Shown: positions 54,604 to 64,000 of the stretch, in pieces
Layout of the letters: each line of letters starts with the position of its first letter
Position numbering within the stretch: the first letter of the stretch is position 1
Notes under the pieces: model-generated
Told to the model about the DNA's origin: nothing
The model's database searches: none
What the model saw: the letters and a program-made list of their open reading frames with translations, nothing else
Assembly: GCA_001784175.1 (NCBI GenBank)
Contig: MFPR01000041.1
Location: 1 to 64,000 of the forward strand
DNA from: Candidatus Lindowbacteria bacterium RIFCSPLOWO2_12_FULL_62_27
Lineage (GTDB): Bacteria; Lindowbacteria; 2-12-FULL-62-27
DNA length: 64,000 nt
Direction of reading: 5' to 3'
Program-made: the position numbers and the translations under genes

Positions 54604-56220
54604 TCATCTGGCGGGATGCTGGATGCTGGATAAAACCGTCCCGGAAGACGATTCCTTCGGCAGGGTGCCGCGGTTGAGGATGTGGATGGCCGACAGGACC
54701 GTGTATTTCTGCACGCCGGAGGCGTCGCGGTGGAGCGTGAAGACCGGGCCGATGGTCAGTGCCACTTCCTCACCGTCTTTTCGCCAGTCGACCAGATTCC
54801 ACAAAAGCGACAGCCGGCTTTCCTCGCCCTGGCGCGCGTAATCGACCACGCGCCACAGGGGGCTGTAGACCTCCTGGATCGCCGGAAACTGCGCCTCAAA
54901 GGCCCCGAGAAGATTGGGAAACGAGACGGCCTTGACGCCGGTCAGAGAGTCCTCCTGGAATGAAACGATCGGCCACACGAAAACCTGGCGCTGCCGGTAG
55001 CCGTGGCGGTCCTCGTGGCGGCCGTATACCCAGAGCGGAAAGAACCTGTGATAGAGCCGGCGGCTGTCCGGCCGCGTCGACCGTTCGTACTTGCCCAAGG
55101 TCCAGAGATAGAAAGACGAAATATCCTCCGAGACGGCGCCGGCGGGGCTGACCTGGGTTTTCTTTCGAAAGCCGGCGATCGGCCAGACCTTGAACCCGGT
55201 TTGACTGCCGGTGGTCCGGGAAAAAACCGGCCAGAGGTAATCCCTGGTTTCAAACTGCTCCTTTATATATTTGGTGTTTATATAAAGAGGCCACATTTTG
55301 AACGATCGTTCCAAGTCCGGCGTGACGCGTTTTCCGTAAAATGGAAAGAGGGACTGCGCGTGCCTGCGGCCCTCCAGGATGTCCCAGTACACCGGCAGGC
55401 CCGCGACGATGTCTTTGCCCAAGGCGGTGTCGGCGCTGAGATTCTTCGTGAAATTGAAAACGGGCCACGCCAGAAACCGCGACACATACTGGCCCTCCTT
55501 GACGGTCTGGCCGTAGATGGGCCACAGCTTGACGGTGCGGTATCCGCCGCCGGACCCGACGGTGAAGATGGGCCAGAGGAACTGGTGTTTGACGAACCCG
55601 CCTTTTTCGATCCGCGTGTACAGCGGCCAGAACGCGAAGGACACGCGGTCGTTGCCGAATGCGCCGTAGAGATTGCCGTAGATCGGGAACACGGCCGAAT
55701 AGTCGCGCGTGCTTTTGAACGGGATCGGATAGGACACGTTTCCGGCGGTGCCGGACATATAAATTGGAAACAGCGCCATGTGATGTTGCGGGCCATCCTC
55801 TTTGCGATGATAGACCGGATAAAACGACGTGAACTTGCGCCGCATGCCGTCCTCCGCGGTCCACTCCCGATGGGTCACGATGGGAAAGATGTTGAAGGAC
55901 CGCTCGGTGGGCGTGCGGGTGGCGCGGCCGATCGGCGGGAGGAAATCGACGGTGGTGATCTCGCCATCGGTTTTTTCGGTGACCGACGTGATCAGCGGCC
56001 GGATCGTGCGCCGTTCGCTTTCCGGGCGGAGGGCGCGCGTAAACAGCGGCGCGGCCGCGTGATTGTACTGCCGGCCGCCCGACAGGCTTTCGATGACGCT
56101 GAGCGGCCAGAGATTCGTAATGCGCATGGTCGGCGCCACTTCGGCAAACGCGTAGATCACGCCGCACGCGAGTGAGAACCCCGCCAGGATGTAAACCGCC
56201 AGCCGCGCCCGCAGCTTCAT
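54604..56220 (-). CDS. Hypothetical exported/outer-membrane protein with repeated (F/L/W)P(I/F/L)(Y/F) motifs, first gene of the mla operon
   Basis: Signal-like N-terminus, about 20 FP/WP-centred beta-hairpin-like repeats, 19 bp from mlaE. Confidence 0.65.
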   Translation of the reverse strand: MKLRARLAVYILAGFSLACGVIYAFAEVAPTMRITNLWPLSVIESLSGGRQYNHAAAPLFTRALRPESERRTIRPLITSVTEKTDGEITTVDFLPPIGRATRTPTERSFNIFPIVTHREWTAEDGMRRKFTSFYPVYHRKEDGPQHHMALFPIYMSGTAGNVSYPIPFKSTRDYSAVFPIYGNLYGAFGNDRVSFAFWPLYTRIEKGGFVKHQFLWPIFTVGSGGGYRTVKLWPIYGQTVKEGQYVSRFLAWPVFNFTKNLSADTALGKDIVAGLPVYWDILEGRRHAQSLFPFYGKRVTPDLERSFKMWPLYINTKYIKEQFETRDYLWPVFSRTTGSQTGFKVWPIAGFRKKTQVSPAGAVSEDISSFYLWTLGKYERSTRPDSRRLYHRFFPLWVYGRHEDRHGYRQRQVFVWPIVSFQEDSLTGVKAVSFPNLLGAFEAQFPAIQEVYSPLWRVVDYARQGEESRLSLLWNLVDWRKDGEEVALTIGPVFTLHRDASGVQKYTVLSAIHILNRGTLPKESSSGTVLSSIQHPAR

Positions 56221-56228
56221 AGAATCAA

Positions 56229-56257
56229 ATAGTAGCGAATGCGGGGCGGGTCGTCAA
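56229..56257 (-). promoter_or_regulatory. Putative sigma70 promoter TTGACG-N17-TACTAT, ending 8 nt before ATG 56220
   Basis: Near-consensus; no Shine-Dalgarno. Confidence 0.65.
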
Positions 56258-56276
56258 GGATTGGGCGGAAAACATA

Positions 56277-56398
56277 TAACTATTCACCTCCTCTCCCCCC
56301 GCAGGGGGGAGAGGATTGAGGTGAGGGGGGTGGATGGCGGCGACAGGGGACTGCCACCCTCACCCCAACCCTCTCCCGCCACGGGCGGGAGAGGGGGA
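56277..56398 (+). repeat. Palindromic REP-like element, family 1 (full copy)
   Basis: Near-identical to 44485-44607. Confidence 0.9.
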
Positions 56399-56417
56399 TA
56401 CAGTTTCGAATAGTTTC

Positions 56418-57314
56418 TCATTCGAGGCGCAACAGGAACGGCAATAGCGGCAGCGATACCGCGGTCGAAATCACGACGGCGGCGGCCGCCTGATCGGGTT
56501 CCGCGCCGTATCGTTCCGCGAGGACATAACTGAAAACGGCGGCCGGAAGCGCGGAGGCGATCAGAACCACCTGGCGGGGCAGGCCGGTGAGAGACAGGAG
56601 GGTGACGGCCGCATATCCGCAGGCGATCCCGCCGGCGAAACGCAGGATCAGGATCAGCGCCAGATTTTTCAGCGAGCGGGGGTCGGTCACGAGCCGCGTC
56701 GGAGTTTCGGCCAGCCGAAGACCGAGCGCCACCAGCGCGAGCGGCGGGGTGGCGGACCCGAGGAAATGGATGGGACGGAGGACGGATTCGGGGACGGACA
56801 CATGGGCGAGTTTCAGAGCGCCGGCGGCCAGGATGGCGCACACGAGGGGCTCGCGAATGACGAGCTTGAATGTTCCCTGGGCCGAGAGGCCGCGTTCGCC
56901 GGCGATCCAGATTCCGAGCGTGAACATGAAGAGCGACTGGACCTGGTCGTAGACCACCACATGGCCGACGGCCTCCGGGCCGAAGGCGAGGTCCATAAGG
57001 GGAATGCCGAGAAAGCCGGAGTTCATGAAGATGACGGGCAGCGCGAACACGCGGACCGGCGCGCCGAACGCGGGCCGCGCGATGAAGCAAAGCGCGGTGA
57101 GGAGCAGGATGACGACCGCCGCGGCCGCGCTCGTGACCGCCATGTCGGCCAGCGAGATGCCTGCGGTCAGGAGCGCGTCGAACACGAGCGCGGGCATGAA
57201 GAGGTCGCAGACGGCCGCCACCCAAAGGTCGGGTTTCCAGTTCCGCCACCGGCCGAAGACGAATCCGGCCAGGATGCAGGCGAAGATCGGCGCGAGGATG
57301 TGCGACAGATTCAT
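56418..57314 (-). CDS. AEC (auxin efflux carrier/malate permease) family transporter
   Basis: P.LVF, F.NSGFLGIP, P.ALVALG, ALP.A...Y.LAERY, ST..S; about 10 TM. Confidence 0.88.
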   Translation of the reverse strand: MNLSHILAPIFACILAGFVFGRWRNWKPDLWVAAVCDLFMPALVFDALLTAGISLADMAVTSAAAAVVILLLTALCFIARPAFGAPVRVFALPVIFMNSGFLGIPLMDLAFGPEAVGHVVVYDQVQSLFMFTLGIWIAGERGLSAQGTFKLVIREPLVCAILAAGALKLAHVSVPESVLRPIHFLGSATPPLALVALGLRLAETPTRLVTDPRSLKNLALILILRFAGGIACGYAAVTLLSLTGLPRQVVLIASALPAAVFSYVLAERYGAEPDQAAAAVVISTAVSLPLLPFLLRLE

Positions 57315-57415
57315 GAAGCGGTATGTATCACGGAACGCGGGATTTGACAGCGAAGCCCGGAAATTTTTCCAACCCTTGCGGACGCGCCGGCCGTGTGCTA
57401 GGAAAAAGGAGATCG

Positions 57416-58702
57416 ATGGCGACGCTTCATGAGCGGTTGGCGGAAAACATCCCGGGGCTTCGCAAGGAACTCCAGGGGATCATCAAACAGCACGGAGCGA
57501 GAAAACTTTCGGAGGTCACGGTCGAGCAGGCCTGTGCGGGCCTCCGGAGCGTCCATAGCCTGTTGTGCGACACGTCCGAAGTGGACCCGAACCGCGGCCT
57601 GCTCGTCCGGGGCACGCCGATCTCGGAGCTGACCAATCGCCTTCCCGAAGAAATTTTCTATTTCCTTCTGACTGGCGACATCCCGGACGCCGACGCGCTC
57701 AAGTCTCTTCAGAACGATCTCCGCAAGCGCGCCGACGTGCCGGACCGTGTCTGGACCGTGGTCAACGCGGTGGCCGAGGAGGCGCACCCGATGCGGATGA
57801 CGAGCATCGCGACGCTGAGCCTCGGAACAGAATCGGTGTTCCGGCGGCGATACGATGAGGGGATGAAGAAGGAGGAGTACTGGGAAGCCGCCTTGGAGGA
57901 CGCGCTGACGCTTCTGGCGCGCCTGCCGCAGATTGCGGCGGCCATCTACCGGCGCCGGTACAAGCTGGGCCGGCGCATCCCCTCGGACCCTAAACTGGAC
58001 TGGGCCGCCGACTATGCGCAGATGCTGGGCGTGCCGGACCCGAAAGGCGAGTTCGCCCGGCTCATGCGGCTCTACATGACCCTGCACTGCGACCACGAAG
58101 GCGGCAACGCGAGCGCGTTCACGAGCCATGTGGTTTCCTCGACGCTGTCCGATCCCTACTACGCCGTGAGCGCCGGCTTCAACGCGCTGGCGGGGCCGCT
58201 GCACGGGCTGGCGAACCAGGAATGTCTGGAATTCGTGCTTGGGATTCATAAAAAATTCAAAGGCGCGCCGACGGAGGACGAATACCGGGACTACTGCTGG
58301 GATGTTCTGAACAGCGGCCGCGTGATTCCTGGCTACGGCCATGCCGTCCTGCGCGTGACCGACCCGCGGTTCACGGCGTTTCATCAATTCGGCAAGCTGG
58401 TCTGCCCGAACGACGAGGTGTTCCGGATCGTGGACATGGGCTACAAGGTCATTCCGGAGGTTCTGAAGAAACAGGGCAAGGCGAAGAACACCTGGCCGAA
58501 CGTTGACGCCGGGTCGGGCGCGCTCTTGTATCATTTTGGCGTGACCCAGGCGACGTACTACACGGTATTCTTCGCCGTGTCCCGCGCCCTCGGGCTTCTG
58601 GCGCAGCTCGTGTTGGACCGCGCGATGCTCATCCCGCTGACGCGCCCGAAATCGTTCCCGACCGCGTGGCTCAAGACCTTCATCAATCAATCCGATGTAT
58701 GA
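57416..58702 (+). CDS. gltA: Citrate (Si)-synthase, eukaryotic-like type
   Basis: [73 protein letters not shown] Shine-Dalgarno before ATG 57416. Confidence 0.93.
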   Translation: MATLHERLAENIPGLRKELQGIIKQHGARKLSEVTVEQACAGLRSVHSLLCDTSEVDPNRGLLVRGTPISELTNRLPEEIFYFLLTGDIPDADALKSLQNDLRKRADVPDRVWTVVNAVAEEAHPMRMTSIATLSLGTESVFRRRYDEGMKKEEYWEAALEDALTLLARLPQIAAAIYRRRYKLGRRIPSDPKLDWAADYAQMLGVPDPKGEFARLMRLYMTLHCDHEGGNASAFTSHVVSSTLSDPYYAVSAGFNALAGPLHGLANQECLEFVLGIHKKFKGAPTEDEYRDYCWDVLNSGRVIPGYGHAVLRVTDPRFTAFHQFGKLVCPNDEVFRIVDMGYKVIPEVLKKQGKAKNTWPNVDAGSGALLYHFGVTQATYYTVFFAVSRALGLLAQLVLDRAMLIPLTRPKSFPTAWLKTFINQSDV

Positions 58703-59945
58703 CAAACTGACACCGCCGGCCGACGGCACACCGATCACCATCGGCCGCGGCGGAAAATTGCACGTGCCCGACCGGCCGGTCATTCCGATGATCGACGGCG
58801 ACGGGATCGGCCCCGACATTTCCCGGGCCACGCGCCGCGTGATCGACGCGGCGGTGGAGAAGTATTCGGGCGGGGCGAAAAAAATCGTCTGGTTTCCCGT
58901 CTTTGCCGGCGAAACCGCGATCGCGAAGTACAACGACTTCCTTCCGAAAGACACGCTGACCGCGATCAAGACCTACATCGTGGCCCTGAAAGGCCCCCTG
59001 ACCACGCCGATCGGCGGCGGGTTTCGCAGCCTGAACGTGGCGCTTCGGCAGGAACTCGATCTCTACGCATGCGTCCGGCCCGTCCGGTATTTCCGGGGGG
59101 TCGGCTCGCCGGTGAAAAAGCCTCAACTGATGGACATGGTGATTTACCGGGAGAACACGGAGGATGTCTACGCCGGCGTCGAGTGGGAGAAGGGGACGCC
59201 GGAGGCGGCCAAGATCATCGAATTTCTGAAAACACACATGGGCGTCGGCAAAAAGGTCCGGGACGACGCCGGGATCGGGATCAAGCCCATCAGCGAAACC
59301 GGCACCAAGCGGCTGGTCCGGCACGCCATCCGGTATGCGATCAAGCACAAGCGCCGGCGCGTCACGCTGGTGCACAAGGGCAACATCATGAAATACACCG
59401 AGGGCGCCTTCCGGCTGTGGGGCTACGAGGTGGCGAAGGATGAATTCGGAGAAGCGGTGGTGACGGAGGAGGAAGTGCAGAAAAATTTCGGCGGGACGCC
59501 GCCGAAGGGGAAGATCGTCATCAATGACCGGATCGCCGACAGCATGTTCCAGCAGATCCTCCTTCGGCCGGACGAATATGACATCCTTGCCACGCCCAAC
59601 CTGAACGGCGATTACCTCTCGGACGCCTGCGCCGCCACCGTCGGAGGATTGGGGATGGCGCCGGGCGCCAACATGGGCGACGTCTTCGCGGTCTTCGAAG
59701 CGACGCACGGCACGGCGCCAAAATACGCGAACCTCGACAAGGTCAACCCCGGATCGCTCCTCTTGTCCGGCGTGATGATGCTGGAGTATCTGGGCTGGCT
59801 GAAACCGGCGAAGGCGATCGTGAAGGGCCTGCAGGGCGCGATCAAGTCGAAGCGCGTGACCTACGATCTGGCGCGCCAGATGAAGCGCGCGACGGAAGTG
59901 AAGACATCGGAATTCGCCGAAGAAATCGTGAGGCATCTTCCATGA
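58695..59945 (+). CDS. icd: NADP-dependent isocitrate dehydrogenase
   Basis: [69 protein letters not shown]. Confidence 0.97.
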   Translation: MYDKLTPPADGTPITIGRGGKLHVPDRPVIPMIDGDGIGPDISRATRRVIDAAVEKYSGGAKKIVWFPVFAGETAIAKYNDFLPKDTLTAIKTYIVALKGPLTTPIGGGFRSLNVALRQELDLYACVRPVRYFRGVGSPVKKPQLMDMVIYRENTEDVYAGVEWEKGTPEAAKIIEFLKTHMGVGKKVRDDAGIGIKPISETGTKRLVRHAIRYAIKHKRRRVTLVHKGNIMKYTEGAFRLWGYEVAKDEFGEAVVTEEEVQKNFGGTPPKGKIVINDRIADSMFQQILLRPDEYDILATPNLNGDYLSDACAATVGGLGMAPGANMGDVFAVFEATHGTAPKYANLDKVNPGSLLLSGVMMLEYLGWLKPAKAIVKGLQGAIKSKRVTYDLARQMKRATEVKTSEFAEEIVRHLP

Positions 59946-60886
59946 CATTGCGCCGGCGAAAAATCACAGTGGTGGGCGCGGGAAACGTGGGGGCGTCGGC
60001 CGCGCTGTATCTGGCCGAGCGGGAACTCGGGGATGTCGCGCTGGTCGACGTGGTCGAGGGGATTCCGGAGGGCAAAGGCCTTGACCTTTTGCAATACGGG
60101 CCGGTCGGCCGCTTCGACAGCCGGGTGACCGGCTCGCAGGACAGCCGGTTGATGGAAGGCTCGGACGTCGTGGTCGTGACGGCGGGCGTGGCGCGCAAGC
60201 CGGGCATGACGCGGCTCGATCTTCTCCAGACCAACGCGCGGATCATCCAGTCAGTGGCGAAAAACATCCAGGCGCATGCGCCGGACGCGATCGTGATCGT
60301 GATCACGAATCCGCTCGACGTCATGACTTATCTTCTTTGGAAACTTACCGGATTTCCCGCCCATCGCGTCGTCGGCCAGGCGGGCGTTCTGGACGGCGCG
60401 CGGTTTTCGGCCTTCATCGCGCAGGAACTCGACGTGTCGGTCGAGGACATCTCGACGCTGGTTTTGGGCGGACACGGGGACGACATGGTCCCGCTGGTCC
60501 GCTACACGACGGTGTCCGGCATTCCGCTGGCGGACCTTCTGCCGGCCGACCGGATCACCGCGCTGGTCGACCGCGCGCGAAACGGCGGCGCGGAGATCGT
60601 GAAATTGCTGAAGACCGGCAGCGCCTACTACGCGCCGGCCGCTTCGGGCGTGCAGATGGTCGAAGCGGTGGTGAAGGACAAGAAGCGCATCCTGGCCTGT
60701 TCGGCGCACCTGAGCGGCCAGTACGGCCTGTCGGACGTCTACATCGGCGTGCCGGTCGTGCTGGGCGGCGGGGGCGTCGAGAAGATCATCGAACTCAAGC
60801 TGACCGACGCCGAGCGGGCGGCGCTGCACAATTCCGCCAAAATCTACAAAGAGGCCATCGCGGACGCGCTCAAAGTGGTTGCATGA
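59942..60886 (+). CDS. mdh: Malate dehydrogenase (LDH-like)
   Basis: [52 protein letters not shown]. Confidence 0.96.
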   Translation: MTLRRRKITVVGAGNVGASAALYLAERELGDVALVDVVEGIPEGKGLDLLQYGPVGRFDSRVTGSQDSRLMEGSDVVVVTAGVARKPGMTRLDLLQTNARIIQSVAKNIQAHAPDAIVIVITNPLDVMTYLLWKLTGFPAHRVVGQAGVLDGARFSAFIAQELDVSVEDISTLVLGGHGDDMVPLVRYTTVSGIPLADLLPADRITALVDRARNGGAEIVKLLKTGSAYYAPAASGVQMVEAVVKDKKRILACSAHLSGQYGLSDVYIGVPVVLGGGGVEKIIELKLTDAERAALHNSAKIYKEAIADALKVVA

Positions 60887-61881
60887 GACTCGGCCGCGAT
60901 TTCACCAATCTCCTCGAGTACGAGTATCTCTCGCCGGAGGACCGCGAGGCGTTTCTGGCCGGGAAGCTCACCGTGTCGGATATGGACGCGACGGTTCAGA
61001 TCAAGGTCAAGGCGGACATCGCGCGCCAGTGCCAAGTCGCGGCCGAAACCGGGCTTCAGCACGTCGAACTCGACGGCGGCATCCCCAACCCGTATCTGTC
61101 CCTGACGCGGGAGGACCTCCGAAAAGCGCGTGTGGCCGCGGAGAAACACGAGATCACGCTCTCGATGCACCTGCCCTACACGTTCGTCTCCGCCGCCACG
61201 TGCGGATTTCAGGAGGAGGACCGTCGAACGGCCGTGGACTATCTGAAACGCTATCTGGACGTCGCCGCGGAGTTGGGATGCCGGTTCACCGTCATGCATC
61301 CGGGACAGATTCCATTCTATCAGGCGGTCGGCCGCTATCTGGAAATATCCAACCGCGCGCTCGTCGCGACCTTGACGGAACTGGGTGAGCACTCCGACAA
61401 AAAAAACATGCCGCTTCACATGGAAAACAACACCTTCTGGGACGGCCGGCTCTACACGGCGGACGAGTGCCTGCCGATCTTCGAGGAGGTGCGGCGCCGC
61501 GGAGTGAACCTGAAATTCTGTTTCGACCTGGCGCACGAATTCACCGGATTCAAGACGCTGGCTGAGATTCCCGAAACTCCGGAGGAACGGTACCGGATCG
61601 TTCCGAACGATCTGTACCTTGGAATCCAGATCGGAGATTTCATTCCGGAAGGCCGCCTGTTTCACCCGCCGATGCACCGGCTTTGCGGCCGGCTCAAACG
61701 CGAGCATCTCGTGCGCATGTTCCGGATCTTTCGCGAGAAAGGCGTGCAGTACGTGGTGATCGAGAGCGCCGTGCGCGAACGGGAGGACCTGATCCATGCG
61801 TTCGAGCTTCAGGCCGAGGAGGCGCGGTTCGTGCGGGACGTGTTCAATGAAGCGATGGCGCCTCAAGCCACCCTTCGGTAA
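60883..61881 (+). CDS. Sugar phosphate isomerase/epimerase / AP-endonuclease-2 TIM-barrel protein
   Basis: SMHLPY, VMHPG, MEN, FDLAHE, VIES. ATG 60883 overlaps the mdh TGA. Confidence 0.75.
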   Translation: MRLGRDFTNLLEYEYLSPEDREAFLAGKLTVSDMDATVQIKVKADIARQCQVAAETGLQHVELDGGIPNPYLSLTREDLRKARVAAEKHEITLSMHLPYTFVSAATCGFQEEDRRTAVDYLKRYLDVAAELGCRFTVMHPGQIPFYQAVGRYLEISNRALVATLTELGEHSDKKNMPLHMENNTFWDGRLYTADECLPIFEEVRRRGVNLKFCFDLAHEFTGFKTLAEIPETPEERYRIVPNDLYLGIQIGDFIPEGRLFHPPMHRLCGRLKREHLVRMFRIFREKGVQYVVIESAVREREDLIHAFELQAEEARFVRDVFNEAMAPQATLR

Positions 61882-61890
61882 TTTCAAATC

Positions 61891-62265
61891 ATGATTCGCA
61901 AGGTTCTCAAATGGTCGTGTGTGGGTCTTTTGGCCATCCTCGCGGCCGGGATCGCCTATCTGGCCGTCCAGCCCGACCCCGGACCGTACCTGGTGGCGCT
62001 GCGGTCCGACACGCCGGAGCAGGCGGGGCGGGCGCTGGATGCGATTTTGGCCGCCGAAGTCGACACGCCGTCCGGGTCGATCCAGTATGACGGCGCGACC
62101 TTCCCGCCCGTCTCGACGGAGGACCTCGCGATGCTGGGCCTGAGGTTCTACCGGAAGGCGACCGGCCAGGCGCGGGAGCCGATGAAGGGGGACACGTCGA
62201 CATGGATGGATTATTCCGAGCGTGTTCGGCGCGCCGTGATCGTGCGGAGGCGGCCATCACGGTAG
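61891..62265 (+). CDS. Hypothetical membrane-anchored/exported protein
   Basis: N-terminal K/R plus hydrophobic stretch; fills the gap in the operon. Confidence 0.55.
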   Translation: MIRKVLKWSCVGLLAILAAGIAYLAVQPDPGPYLVALRSDTPEQAGRALDAILAAEVDTPSGSIQYDGATFPPVSTEDLAMLGLRFYRKATGQAREPMKGDTSTWMDYSERVRRAVIVRRRPSR

Positions 62266-62281
62266 GCGGGGCGGTTCAACC

Positions 62282-64000
62282 GTGTCCATTCTGATTTTTC
62301 TCTGGCACATGCACCAGCCGGAATATGCGGACCCCAACACGGGCGAATTCGTTCTTCCGTGGACCCGGCTTCACGCGGTGAAGGACTACGACGAGTTCGC
62401 CGACGTTCTGGCGGACCACCCCGGTATCCGGTCGACCGTCAACCTGACGCCGGTTCTCTGCGGGCAGATCGAGTCGATCGCGGCCGGCGTGAAGGACGTG
62501 TACCAGATTTTGTCCGAGAAGCCGGCCTCGTATCTGACGCAGATCGAGCGCGAGTTCATCCTGTCGAATTTTTTCAAGGCGAATTTCGAAACGATGATCC
62601 GGCCCTACGAGCGGTACTCGGAACTCTATTTCGAACGAGGCCGCAACGCCACGCCCGCGCATATCCACGAGGCCGCAAAGACGTTCGGCGTCCAGAAACT
62701 GCGGGACCTGCAAGTCTGGGCGAACCTGGCATGGAGCGGCGTGAGGAACCGGCAGAAAGAGCCGGTGATCCGGGAGCTGATCGCCAAGGGCCGGCATTAC
62801 ACGGACGAGGAAAAAGAGACGCTCATGGACGTTCACCGGCGCATCTGCTCCGGCGTGCTGGCCAAGTACCGGCGGCTCCAGGAGGCGGGGATCATCGAAA
62901 TTTCCACCACGCCCTACTATCACCCGATCCTGCCGATCCTCCTCGACATGAAAGATGCGCAGATCGCGCATCCGGGCCTGGCGCTTCCCCGTCAGACGCG
63001 GCCCTTCGCCGACGACGCGCGGTGGCAGGTCGAGTCGGCACTCGCGTACGCCGAACGGACCTTCGGCCGGCGGCCCGCGGGCATGTGGCCGTCGGAAGGA
63101 TCGGTTTCTGAAAAGACGTGTGATCTTCTGGCCTCGTGCGGTGTGCGGTGGTCGGCGACGGACGAACGGATTCTGGAAAAGAGTCTCAACGGAGCGGCGG
63201 TCTCCTCCTCGCCGCCGGCGCTCGCGCGTCCCTATGTGTTCGAAACGGCGCACGGCCCGATCCGGCTGTTTTTCCGGAACCACGATCTTTCGGATCGGAT
63301 CGGGTTCACGTACGGCGCCATGCCGGTGGAGGACGCGGTCTCCGATTTTGTCGCGCGCGTCGAGTCGGCCGGCGGCGGCGCGGGCGCGGACACGGCGGTC
63401 AGCGTGATCCTGGACGGCGAGAACGCCTGGGAATATTTCCGGGGCGGCAGTTGCCAGCCTTTTTTGAGCGCGCTATTCACCCGGCTGAAACAATCGGGCA
63501 TCGTCACCCGGACGTGCGGCGACTGCGCGTCTTCCGATCAGCCGGCGGCCGAGCCTCTGCCGCGTCTTTCGCCGGGTTCGTGGATCAACGGGAATTTCAA
63601 CATCTGGATCGGCCATCCGGAGGACAACGCCGGCTGGGACGCGGTACAGACCGTGCGAATCGCGGTCGACCGCATGCCGGCGGGCGCCGCGAGGGACCGC
63701 GCGATGAAACTTCTGAGGATCGCGGAAGGCAGCGACTGGTACTGGTGGTTCGGAGACGATCACAGTTCGGAGGACGATCCGATGTTCGACCGGCTCTTTC
63801 GGGACAACCTGATCGCCGCGTGCCGCCTGGCGGGCGCCACCGTCCCTCCGGAACTGATGGCGCCGATCAAGCGGGCGCAGATGGTAACGGAAGCCAAACC
63901 GGCGACGGAACCGTTCACGCCGGCCATCGACGGAATGATCCGTCCCTTCTACGAATGGCTCGGCGCGGGCCGCGTGGATATCAGTTACATCGCCGGCGCG
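62282..64000 (+). CDS. Glycoside hydrolase family 57 (amylopullulanase/alpha-amylase-like), truncated by window end
   Basis: Not in the ORF track because it has no stop. GTG 62282 reads IFLWHMHQPEY, PWTRLHAVKDY, EISTTPYYHPILP, GMWPSEGSVS, ILDGENAWEYF, GSWINGNF.IWIG, AEGSDWYWWFG. Confidence 0.92.
   Translation, partial: MSILIFLWHMHQPEYADPNTGEFVLPWTRLHAVKDYDEFADVLADHPGIRSTVNLTPVLCGQIESIAAGVKDVYQILSEKPASYLTQIEREFILSNFFKANFETMIRPYERYSELYFERGRNATPAHIHEAAKTFGVQKLRDLQVWANLAWSGVRNRQKEPVIRELIAKGRHYTDEEKETLMDVHRRICSGVLAKYRRLQEAGIIEISTTPYYHPILPILLDMKDAQIAHPGLALPRQTRPFADDARWQVESALAYAERTFGRRPAGMWPSEGSVSEKTCDLLASCGVRWSATDERILEKSLNGAAVSSSPPALARPYVFETAHGPIRLFFRNHDLSDRIGFTYGAMPVEDAVSDFVARVESAGGGAGADTAVSVILDGENAWEYFRGGSCQPFLSALFTRLKQSGIVTRTCGDCASSDQPAAEPLPRLSPGSWINGNFNIWIGHPEDNAGWDAVQTVRIAVDRMPAGAARDRAMKLLRIAEGSDWYWWFGDDHSSEDDPMFDRLFRDNLIAACRLAGATVPPELMAPIKRAQMVTEAKPATEPFTPAIDGMIRPFYEWLGAGRVDISYIAGA

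Noticed and set aside
40253-54677. Long plus-strand ORFs such as 40253..41857, 51836..53095 and 52887..54677
   Set aside because: Antisense to well-supported his and mla genes.
12304-56398. Repeats as a CRISPR array
   Set aside because: Copies are dispersed over tens of kb, not regularly spaced with unique spacers, and no cas genes are seen.
57398-63283. Minus-strand ORFs opposite gltA, icd, mdh, the TIM-barrel gene and GH57
   Set aside because: Shadow ORFs; the plus-strand genes carry clear conserved motifs.

Overview
High-GC chromosomal window from a diderm, LPS-making bacterium (waaA, mla genes, secretin, porin). From left to right: (1) 1-14 kb is a surface-glycosylation region with three paralogous O-antigen-ligase/TPR membrane proteins in a ~5.02-kb tandem duplication, a membrane SAM methyltransferase, rmlC-like, a double cyclophilin, an orphan flagellar rod gene and a TMTC-like GT-C/TPR protein. 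(2) 14-18 kb has ispH, chdC/hemQ-like, fused ahbAB and an aldo-keto reductase. (3) 18.1-21.8 kb is a three-gene module (ECF-like sigma factor, unknown GQIW-motif protein, AAA-less Lon protease with TPR and TM helices) that resembles the CalpS-CalpT-CalpL cascade but has no SAVED domain and no CRISPR. It is transcribed divergently from (4) a Tad/Flp pilus operon at 22-30.7 kb, and is the best candidate for a new system. (5) 30.6-57 kb is housekeeping on the minus strand: waaA, PHP, TPR, nusB, ribH/BA/E/D, ftsY, hisH/B/C/D/G, agmatinase, arginine decarboxylase, ParB/SerK-like, two Uma2 genes, porin, aspC, mlaDFE and an AEC transporter. (6) 57.4-64 kb has eukaryotic-type citrate synthase, icd, mdh, a TIM-barrel protein and a GH57 cut by the window edge. 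Three families of small repeats recur, several inside coding sequences, and many genes look leaderless. I recognised no rRNA, tRNA, CRISPR array or transposase. All calls come from motif recognition by eye; no database searches were run.
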